From IMG/VR virus record IMGVR_UViG_3300020045_003677, positions 1 to 60,097 of that record: DNA of 60,097 bases; one strand, given 5' to 3'. Positions 48,596 through 55,565 of the stretch are shown piece by piece. The notes below the pieces were generated by a model. It searched no databases. It was given only the letters and a program-made list of their open reading frames with translations, and had not been told where the DNA came from. Source of the DNA: a virus (Duplodnaviria > Heunggongvirae > Uroviricota > Caudoviricetes). Numbering within the stretch: position 1 is the stretch's first letter; each line of letters opens with the position of its first letter. Made by a program: the position numbers and the translations under genes.

Positions 48596-49575
48596 TAGCC
48601 TAAAAAGTTATGAGTTGTTCTGTAGTAATCGGACCCCTGAAGAATATACTGAGCCTCCGCGTACTTGCCTTGAGTGGCGTAGTAGTCTATTGAGGTTTGC
48701 ATAGCTTTGATATTTACATACGCAGACCCGAAGTTATTGGTAGATGCGACATAATCGATTACTGCATCTCTGTACACTTTATCATACTGAGACATCCAAA
48801 AGAAGTCTTGTCTAACCCATGGATTATACTCCTGTGCCTTGTTAATAAGCTCGGCAACTGAATTAATAGAATTCCATACGTTAATAGGGAACCATAGAGT
48901 TGTGTCTGTAAGTAGGGTAGGGTCGGCATTGTCTACCAGTGCCATGTATACGGTACCAAACTGTGGTATTGTATTACCAACAGTTAGTGTTGGGTCCTGA
49001 CATAAGAATCCTGCTTTAATAAATGCGCTATCTACTAGTTGGTCGCATACTCCTATGCTTATAAACGAGTACCAACCATCAGTTGCTATACTATCAACAG
49101 ATATTACAGCAGATGGCATACCTGTTACTGGTAAAGCATCGGCTACCGACATAAAGGTATTTGACCCTGTAAATGGTGTAGCTAGTCTGACATTACTTGT
49201 AGCATTGAACATTTTAAAATTTGTAGTACCAACTGGTATATTCAAAGCTACCTCGTATGTGGTATTCTTATACATCATTCGAGGAGAGTAAATATATTCA
49301 TCAGTATTGTCCACTAATTGGGGGTAATTAGACCATACAATCGACGATAACACATCACCTGATAAAGAGAGTCTATTATAGAGAAGAAGGTCTAATTTCG
49401 CCACTATACTACCTGTTCCGGGTATTGGGTTATCGATGGTAATCTGGTTCTGACTAATATCCATTCCTGTGAATGTTATGTAGTTCCCCATATTATTAAT
49501 TGTAATTGGAAGAATGCCGGCATCCCTATCCATATTATTGGATAACTGTTGTCCTGTGTATAAGGTAGGTATCAT
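48595..49575 (-). CDS. structural protein (tail hub-like), 326 aa
   Basis: Shares TDGWY and the C-terminal helical pattern with the upstream 313-aa gene. Confidence 0.5.
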   Translation of the reverse strand: MIPTLYTGQQLSNNMDRDAGILPITINNMGNYITFTGMDISQNQITIDNPIPGTGSIVAKLDLLLYNRLSLSGDVLSSIVWSNYPQLVDNTDEYIYSPRMMYKNTTYEVALNIPVGTTNFKMFNATSNVRLATPFTGSNTFMSVADALPVTGMPSAVISVDSIATDGWYSFISIGVCDQLVDSAFIKAGFLCQDPTLTVGNTIPQFGTVYMALVDNADPTLLTDTTLWFPINVWNSINSVAELINKAQEYNPWVRQDFFWMSQYDKVYRDAVIDYVASTNNFGSAYVNIKAMQTSIDYYATQGKYAEAQYILQGSDYYRTTHNFLG

Positions 49576-49576
49576 A

Positions 49577-50518
49577 TTATAGAGTGAAATTGTTGTTGGA
49601 TATTACCACTGTTCTGTTCGGCCCAAATAATGTATGATACTCGAACGGTACACGATTGATCATGTCTACTGCTTTTATCGGATCTCCACTCTCTAAGTAT
49701 GCAACAGCTGCTTCTCTCATCGCTGTAATTTTAGTTAGTCCGGCCATTCCAACCTTATCATTTGACTCTTTGAAACTAGTCGATTGGATACAAGGGAATA
49801 TGTATGCTTGTTTGATGTTTCTAGTAATAAGAAAGTCGCTGTATATGCGTAACTTAGCATCATGATCAGATAGTCTATTTGTAGCAATTGCGTACACATC
49901 CCATGCTTCATCCGACGGAGCATCCCATACTGTTGGGTCCAATGCTGGATCATGGTTTATGTTTGCAGTTGTACATCTAGCAAATCCACCTTGTTCTGGA
50001 GAGTACACTATATCACCAGCAACATAAGAGTGCCCGGCATCCCATAACGGAATATCGAGAATTGTCATGGTGTACCAACCATCCGTAGATAATGGGAATC
50101 CTGTATTCTCTGATAGATCTGCCCTGTATGGATATGATAGTCGCTTACTTCCATAGGAAGTGTTTATGTTTGCTTCATACGTAAAGAGACTAATGTCAAA
50201 GTTAACAGTTACCACGCTAGCCGATGATCGTATTAGTGTTTTAGTAACTACCTCTATGTCAAACGATAGTTCCTCTGCTGTCATCTGTAGTATCGTTGGG
50301 ATATTTAGATGAGAGTATGTCTGGAACTGCATGTCTACAATATTATAGTCAAACGTCACTCTGCGAATATGGTCTGCTGGTATATCTTTACCAACGGTAA
50401 CTTTAACCATTGAACCTTCCTCTTCCAAGTATGCTGCTACAATATTTTTAGGAGAGGGCATCAATGTGCCGCTCTCCTGATATACTGAATTGAATATCTC
50501 TACTTCTTTTACTTTCAT
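49577..50518 (-). CDS. structural protein with CBM5/12-like motif, 313 aa
   Basis: WDAGHSYVAGDIVY...P..DPTVW motif; first gene after the portal. Confidence 0.5.
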   Translation of the reverse strand: MKVKEVEIFNSVYQESGTLMPSPKNIVAAYLEEEGSMVKVTVGKDIPADHIRRVTFDYNIVDMQFQTYSHLNIPTILQMTAEELSFDIEVVTKTLIRSSASVVTVNFDISLFTYEANINTSYGSKRLSYPYRADLSENTGFPLSTDGWYTMTILDIPLWDAGHSYVAGDIVYSPEQGGFARCTTANINHDPALDPTVWDAPSDEAWDVYAIATNRLSDHDAKLRIYSDFLITRNIKQAYIFPCIQSTSFKESNDKVGMAGLTKITAMREAAVAYLESGDPIKAVDMINRVPFEYHTLFGPNRTVVISNNNFTL

Positions 50519-50520
50519 AG

Positions 50521-52839
50521 TTAGATATTGTTTTTAGGTTCTGATGAACTACCACTACCTGAACTATTTGCAGTGAGGTATAATTGTTCACGTTCTAACT
50601 GTACTAATTGGTCTTTAATCTCAAGACCCGATGCTTGGAACTCTTTTGTGTCCTTTTGTTTCTTTTCTTCCAAGTCCAACTTCTTGTTAACTTCCAGTTC
50701 TTTAAGATCTGTCTCTCTAACTTTAAGTTGTCTGTCTTCCTGAGCTACAGCTTCAAGCTTTTGTTTAGCTTTATTGAGTTCATTAGTAAGTTGTTGTACC
50801 TGCTGTTGTAATTGTTCTGCAGCCTGTGTTGCTTTACTAACCTCTCCAGTTTCGATTTTCTTGTTAGTCCAAGCTTTATCGATAATCTGTTTGACCTCTG
50901 TTGCTGAATCTGAAAGGATTATATGAATAATAGTATCCGGATCAAGGGCTCCAGCTGTTATCAAATCTTTAGCCACTGCTTTCATCTCGGCTAGTTTAGC
51001 AGCATCTTTAGATGAATAGGAGATATTAATAGCAAAGTCTGAGAAGCATAGGTTCTGTGGTATGATATTAAACAGGTAAGACTCTGAACCTACAATGTAC
51101 GCACCTTTCTTACCTTTCTGATAACATATCTTGGATACATTTAACATATCAGTTAACAGTCGTTTCTGGTTCGTACGAATTAAATCGAATAGGTCAGCAT
51201 TAATCATAAGTGACTGACGTATACCTTGTTTCACATTCGACACTGCATCTCTTTCTGCAATCATACCCAGCATTTGTGGGTTAGTTGCTGCAGTAACGTC
51301 GGCCTGTCTTTCCATAGACTTTAGTATCAGGTCTATAGATTGCAGCGATTGGCCATTAACAGAGTTATCAAACTCTCCATAATGATTGAACAATTGTGCT
51401 CCAGGTTCCGTAGGGTCGATTAGTTCGAATCCATTCTTCTTTAATGCAACGAACTTCATAAGTCTTTCCATGAAGTTGCTTCCTAACTGTTTTGGAATAC
51501 CGGCAATGTTTATTCTACTACCAGGTACACCAGAGTTAGCAATCAAGTTATCTCTATAGAAGATAGTTAAGTCGTATACATCCTGAAGATCTTTAAGAGC
51601 ACCAGCAAGAGAGAATGGTTTACCACCTCTATCATTGTATACTACACCACCATAGGTAAATGTACAGTCAAAAGGTCTTGATTCTGAACGTACAACATGA
51701 GCACTTTTACCGCAATTAATGTAAACACTATTCGCAATACGAACCCCTTCATATCTATCCATTCTCCATCCCCACTGACCTACATCTGATTTGTATCCAT
51801 CGGCCTGTGTCTGATCTTCCATCTCTTCTTCATCGATCCTAACCTCATTAAGTGCCAACCATTCAACATGATACACTTCAACTACATCAAGATTACTATA
51901 AGACTTCTGTCCGTTAACCGGATCATCCGCTCCATAGTATCTATCTAAGTCGCGGCCTGAACGAAGGGATCTAGCTGTTTTGATACGTGCTCTATCTGAG
52001 AACAATACCTTCTGCTGTACCTCATCCATGAACTTACCGTACTTACGAAGTACTTCTTTCCTTGTAAGATACTCTCTGTGAACTATTGCATCACAAGTAT
52101 CAATATACTGACTGTTTGTATTTTTATTGTAGAATACATTCTCAGGTTTAATAACCTCAAAGATTGGATCACTACCAACTCGCTCACAATACACACGATA
52201 ATAGCACTCTCCAGTTAGGATGAGGTCCTGTGCTAATTGCTTAAGTTTCTGTGCCATATCAATGAACACATCTGATTCAAAGAATCTTAGTAGATCCTGG
52301 CCTGCTGTCTCAAAATCCGACAGGTAATTCTGACCATATTTACTTTCAATCTTTTTAGATTGCATCTGTAGTTCGGATACCGGCATACCACCCTGTTGGT
52401 CCCCGCCGGCAGTAGAAGCCATATTAGAGGCCACAAAATTCTCTACAGCACTACCAAGTTCTGCTAGGTATCTATTCTTTCTAGTCTCTTCAGCTATATC
52501 GATTGTCTTATCATCTATAACTGTAGCCTTGTAGTTGAATGTCTCATCTACCATCATGGCAACAAGGGCATCAACTCTAGGTTTGATAAGAGGAGTGAAG
52601 TTTAATTTAGATGGTGTTCCTATCCCAAAGTTTTCAGTAAGGTACTTAAACTCCTCATTATCACGTACTCCATTATAATAATTTCTGTAGGTCTTAATGT
52701 ACTTCTTTTCTCTAACCAACTGGTTGATGTAGAAGTCAATGTTGTTCTTTAAGTATTCCTCTGATGACTTTTCTTTCTCGGAATAATGGATGTCCTCTAG
52801 ATATCCGTCCTGATTGTAAGGAGCAGTTTGTTGTGACAT
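50521..52839 (-). CDS. portal protein (crAss-like)
   Basis: 772 aa. YRNYYNGVRDNEEFKYLTENFGIGTPSKLNFTPLIKPRVDAL resembles, from memory, p-crAssphage-type portals. C-terminal coiled coil; located between terminase and tail genes. Confidence 0.9.
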   Translation of the reverse strand: MSQQTAPYNQDGYLEDIHYSEKEKSSEEYLKNNIDFYINQLVREKKYIKTYRNYYNGVRDNEEFKYLTENFGIGTPSKLNFTPLIKPRVDALVAMMVDETFNYKATVIDDKTIDIAEETRKNRYLAELGSAVENFVASNMASTAGGDQQGGMPVSELQMQSKKIESKYGQNYLSDFETAGQDLLRFFESDVFIDMAQKLKQLAQDLILTGECYYRVYCERVGSDPIFEVIKPENVFYNKNTNSQYIDTCDAIVHREYLTRKEVLRKYGKFMDEVQQKVLFSDRARIKTARSLRSGRDLDRYYGADDPVNGQKSYSNLDVVEVYHVEWLALNEVRIDEEEMEDQTQADGYKSDVGQWGWRMDRYEGVRIANSVYINCGKSAHVVRSESRPFDCTFTYGGVVYNDRGGKPFSLAGALKDLQDVYDLTIFYRDNLIANSGVPGSRINIAGIPKQLGSNFMERLMKFVALKKNGFELIDPTEPGAQLFNHYGEFDNSVNGQSLQSIDLILKSMERQADVTAATNPQMLGMIAERDAVSNVKQGIRQSLMINADLFDLIRTNQKRLLTDMLNVSKICYQKGKKGAYIVGSESYLFNIIPQNLCFSDFAINISYSSKDAAKLAEMKAVAKDLITAGALDPDTIIHIILSDSATEVKQIIDKAWTNKKIETGEVSKATQAAEQLQQQVQQLTNELNKAKQKLEAVAQEDRQLKVRETDLKELEVNKKLDLEEKKQKDTKEFQASGLEIKDQLVQLEREQLYLTANSSGSGSSSEPKNNI

Positions 52840-52873
52840 AGTTTTCTATAGTTATTTGTATGAGTTTAAAACC

Positions 52874-52903
52874 AAAAAAGGGACTTAATTACTTAAGCCC
52901 CTT
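52874..52903 (-). terminator. intrinsic terminator
   Basis: AAGGGGCTTAA-GTAA-TTAAGTCCCTT followed by TTTT, after the stop at 52913. Confidence 0.8.
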
Positions 52904-52912
52904 GTGAAATTA

Positions 52913-53521
52913 TCATGCGATGAATAGGATGTCATCTTCTCGGATCAGTTTTAATTCTGCGTCCTCAAGTGATCTCTTACGTTTAGCAATTACACCACAC
53001 CAGGGTTCATATGCTACTAATTGTCCAACTTGTATCTTCTTAGTTGTGGGACCAACCTTTAGAACTACTCCGTAATCTAGGTCTGTTAAACGTGGATCTT
53101 TTACTTCGTTCTCTGATAGAACTAATCCGTCTTCTGTACCATCTACAAAATTGACTGAGATTAAGACTCTATCAGCTGTAGGAGTGGTATTATCTTCTGC
53201 TATATTTTTATAGTCTGTTACTGTTGCCACAATGTCGTATCCCGGTATTACTTTGTATGACTTATCTTCTCTAGTTGAAATATGGTGACCTGCAAATTGT
53301 GAGAACATTGCTGTATCTCCTTCTTGAAGTCCTGGACAATTTAAGTCGTCGGTAGCACTGGGCCCTAGTTTCTTTACCGTCCCAAAATACATCGCGATAT
53401 CTTGAGGTTTACTCTCTGTCTGTCCAAGATACACACCATCTTTCTCTAGTATAGCGTCATGAATGTCCACCAGTACTAAATCCTTCTGAGGCTGTACGTT
53501 GTCTGCGTTTGTTAATTTCAT
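52913..53521 (-). CDS. groES: co-chaperonin with two tandem GroES (Cpn10) domains, 202 aa
   Basis: Two repeats: VQPQKDLVLV...GVYL...GTVKKLGP...LQEGDTAMF...YKVIPGYDIVA and TTPTADRVLI...GLVL...GVVLKVGP...IQVGQLVAY...LKLIREDDILF. Confidence 0.85.
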   Translation of the reverse strand: MKLTNADNVQPQKDLVLVDIHDAILEKDGVYLGQTESKPQDIAMYFGTVKKLGPSATDDLNCPGLQEGDTAMFSQFAGHHISTREDKSYKVIPGYDIVATVTDYKNIAEDNTTPTADRVLISVNFVDGTEDGLVLSENEVKDPRLTDLDYGVVLKVGPTTKKIQVGQLVAYEPWCGVIAKRKRSLEDAELKLIREDDILFIA

Positions 53522-53542
53522 ATAACATTTCCATTTGGTTTG

Positions 53543-53614
53543 TAGCGGGAATCGGAATCGAACCGACGTAGACCAGGGTTATGAGCCCGGTGGAGAACCA
53601 ACGCTCTTCCCACG
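53543..53614 (-). tRNA. tRNA-fMet (CAT), initiator type
   Basis: Cloverleaf with anticodon loop CTCATAA, three consecutive G-C pairs at the base of the anticodon stem, unpaired C1, and T-loop TTCGATT. No encoded CCA. Confidence 0.85.
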
Positions 53615-53627
53615 ATATATTGATTAT

Positions 53628-53637
53628 ATTATAGTAA
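53628..53637 (-). promoter_or_regulatory. TTACTATAAT repeated motif (putative promoter for tRNA-fMet/groES)
   Basis: Exact copy 13 nt upstream of tRNA-fMet. Confidence 0.65.
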
Positions 53638-53643
53638 TAATTT

Positions 53644-53901
53644 TTAACCTATCCACCAAGAATGATCTGCATCTGAGAATTCTTTTGAATTTTCTCCAAT
53701 GCACCAGTTACAATTACTTATCTCACCCTTAGCTAGTAGCTTACGATACTTTCTACCAGATATAAGTTTCTTGTTCCTATCACTCATGTAACGTATGCTA
53801 CAACTCTTCTTGTCGTTCTTAATATCATGCACTTCATTGGTGTGTACATTAAGAAGTAGTCTATAACCTAGACGTAGTTTGATTCTGTAAATTAATCCCA
53901 T
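53644..53901 (-). CDS. small basic Cys-containing hypothetical protein, 85 aa (start corrected to MGLIYR)
   Basis: The track's upstream extension overlaps tRNA-Phe. ATG at 53901; His/Cys residues HTNEVH...C...CNWC could bind Zn. Confidence 0.6.
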   Translation of the reverse strand: MGLIYRIKLRLGYRLLLNVHTNEVHDIKNDKKSCSIRYMSDRNKKLISGRKYRKLLAKGEISNCNWCIGENSKEFSDADHSWWIG

Positions 53902-53915
53902 AGTTAATAATTTTG

Positions 53916-53988
53916 TGGAAAGGGGTGGATTCGAACCACCGACGCCAGCCTCTTCAGGGCTGCGCTCTACCAACTGAGCTACCTCTCC
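53916..53988 (-). tRNA. tRNA-Phe (GAA)
   Basis: GGAGAGG/CCTTTCC acceptor, loop CTGAAGA (G37), TTCGAAT T-loop. Confidence 0.92.
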
Positions 53989-54146
53989 ATAGTGATGTGT
54001 TTAATCCAGATATTTCCCTCCTTCACCACCACAGTGTTAGACTTCTCTATCGTCGGCAACAGTAAAAACATTTCATAAAAGACCTATTAGTGTTGCTTCT
54101 TAGTTACATACCCACATGCATGGTTTTGCACAGAGATAAGAACTTG

Positions 54147-54220
54147 AGCCGATGGACGGATTCGAACCGCCGACAAGCTGATTACAAATCAGCTGCTCTG
54201 GCCAACTGAGCTACAAAGGC
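54147..54220 (-). tRNA. tRNA-Thr (TGT)
   Basis: Loop TTTGTAA with canonical D and T arms. Acceptor GCCTTTG/CATCGGC has two mismatches. Confidence 0.85.
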
Positions 54221-54286
54221 AAGGTTTAATATGGCCGCAGATAAAGTATTAAATACCGTCGATATGACGACGCTGCGACCACATAG

Positions 54287-54359
54287 TCTAAGAGGTAGGA
54301 CTCGAACCTACGATCTCATGGTCCCAAACCATGCGGATTACCAACTTTCCCACACCTAG
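54287..54359 (-). tRNA. tRNA-Pro (TGG)
   Basis: CATGG-TTTGGGA-CCATG anticodon arm; GTAGG-TTCGAGT-CCTAC T arm. Confidence 0.88.
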
Positions 54360-54427
54360 ATGACTGTACTGTAGGCCATTCCTTTTCACGGGTGCTACGA
54401 TTATCAGTCGTTGATCACCTACAGACG

Positions 54428-54514
54428 CGGAAGACAGAGGACACGATCCCCAGGCGCGAACGCCCCACTGGTTTTCAAGACCAGGCTCCGGGCCGACCCC
54501 AGAAATTACCTTCC
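54428..54514 (-). tRNA. tRNA-Ser (TGA), non-canonical 8/4 acceptor/T-stem type
   Basis: Acceptor GGAAGGTA/TGTCTTCC (8 bp), T-stem GGGG/CCTC (4 bp) with loop ATCGTGT, long D-stem, CTGGT-CTTGAAA-ACCAG anticodon arm, long variable arm, G73. Confidence 0.8.
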
Positions 54515-54520
54515 ATATTG

Positions 54521-54593
54521 TTGTTCCACTAGGGCTCGAACCTAGACTCTTCAGGATCAAAACCTGACGTGTTGCCAATTACACCACAGAGCA
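54521..54593 (-). tRNA. tRNA-Gln (TTG)
   Basis: TCAGG-TTTTGAT-CCTGA anticodon arm; CTAGG-TTCGAGC-CCTAG T arm; one acceptor mismatch. Confidence 0.88.
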
Positions 54594-54680
54594 ATGTATT
54601 TGTACTATTGATTAGTACGGTTTGTCGCATTTATAGTATATATTTGCGACATAATATTCTTGTATTTAATTAAGTATTAG

Positions 54681-54754
54681 GGTGTTATATGAGATTTGAA
54701 CTCATGGCCTCCAGAACCACAATCTAGCGCTCTAACCAGCTGAGCTAATAACAC
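54681..54754 (-). tRNA. tRNA-His (GTG)
   Basis: GTGTTAT/ATAACAC acceptor, C73, loop TTGTGGT. Position -1 is T rather than G. Confidence 0.9.
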
Positions 54755-54756
54755 AG

Positions 54757-54831
54757 TGGACACATATGGGCATCGAACCCACAACCTCCTGAATGCAAAT
54801 CAGGTGCTCTAGCCAATTGAGCTAATGGCCC
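54757..54831 (-). tRNA. tRNA-Ala (TGC)
   Basis: Loop TTTGCAT, G3:U70 identity pair, one bulged nucleotide in the 3' acceptor strand. Confidence 0.88.
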
Positions 54832-54845
54832 TTATAATAAAAAAG

Positions 54846-54920
54846 CAGGACGTACGGGATTCGAACCCGTGATCTCCGGCGTGACAGGCCAGCACCTTAA
54901 CCAGACTGAGCTAACGTCCT
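54846..54920 (-). tRNA. tRNA-Asp (GTC)
   Basis: AGGACGT/ACGTCCT acceptor, loop CTGTCAC, G73. Confidence 0.92.
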
Positions 54921-54929
54921 ATAATATTG

Positions 54930-55003
54930 TAGACTAGCTAGGACTTGAACCTAGGACCCCGAAAGTATCAGTTTCGTGCTCTAACCAACTGAGCTATTAG
55001 TCT
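54930..55003 (-). tRNA. tRNA-Ile (GAT)
   Basis: CGAAA-CTGATAC-TTTCG anticodon arm; CTAGG-TTCAAGT-CCTAG T arm. Confidence 0.9.
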
Positions 55004-55015
55004 GTGTAATTTTTG

Positions 55016-55096
55016 TGGGCAAGGAGGGATTCGAACCCCCACGACCGAAGTACTTGATTTACAGTCAAGCGAGCCAGCCAATTGCTCAACATACCC
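55016..55096 (-). tRNA. tRNA-Tyr (GTA)
   Basis: CTTGA-CTGTAAA-TCAAG anticodon arm, extended variable region, GGGGG-TTCGAAT-CCCTC T arm. Confidence 0.9.
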
Positions 55097-55099
55097 ATA

Positions 55100-55480
55100 T
55101 TATATTGTTACTATAAACTTATCAAAATCTTCATTTAAAGTAATTTGAGATCTTACTATTACTTTGTCTATTGGAATCTCATACATCGTTTTCTCACAAG
55201 TTACTACAAATAATATCTCTACTTCTGTGTCTACCACATGTTTGTAGATAACTCCTTTTGTACCACCACTAGACTTCAAACTAACTTTGTAGAAAGTACC
55301 AGTTGGATTATACCTAGTAGACTTAACCTGAACTCTTTTAAGTGTTCCATCATCTACTATTAAATCATAGTCCTGTGTGTCGTTTAATGGTATAGAGACC
55401 GTATATCCATTACTACCATAATATGCAATAGCTAATGCTAGTGCGGAATTTCCGCTATCTTTATTCGTTGCACAATTCAT
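55100..55480 (-). CDS. PD-(D/E)XK endonuclease (I-Ssp6803I / group I intron-associated type), free-standing
   Basis: 126 aa. G..A...AIAYY...GYTVSIPL....YDLIVD.....RVQVKS pattern. Confidence 0.8.
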   Translation of the reverse strand: MNCATNKDSGNSALALAIAYYGSNGYTVSIPLNDTQDYDLIVDDGTLKRVQVKSTRYNPTGTFYKVSLKSSGGTKGVIYKHVVDTEVEILFVVTCEKTMYEIPIDKVIVRSQITLNEDFDKFIVTI

Positions 55481-55548
55481 ATTCTCATTATAGGTAGGAG
55501 TCAGTTACCCTGACCCCTACATTCATCTATTGCTCGTCTAACAATAGT

Positions 55549-55558
55549 ATTATAGTAA
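55549..55558 (-). promoter_or_regulatory. TTACTATAAT repeated motif (putative promoter for endonuclease + tRNA array)
   Basis: Exact copy 7 nt after the terL stop, followed by two leader hairpins. Confidence 0.65.
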
Positions 55559-55565
55559 TTTATTT

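Noticed and set aside
53989-54146. Possible additional ncRNA or ORF between tRNA-Thr and tRNA-Phe
   Set aside because: Only weak short helices and ORFs of 10 codons or fewer; nothing supportable.
54428-54514. Selenocysteine tRNA (selC)
   Set aside because: Despite selC-like ends and D arm, the anticodon is TGA (Ser), not TCA.
53535-54578. ORFs 53535-53732, 54288-54578 and the 5' extension of 53644-53973
   Set aside because: They overlap well-formed tRNA genes and are translation artefacts.
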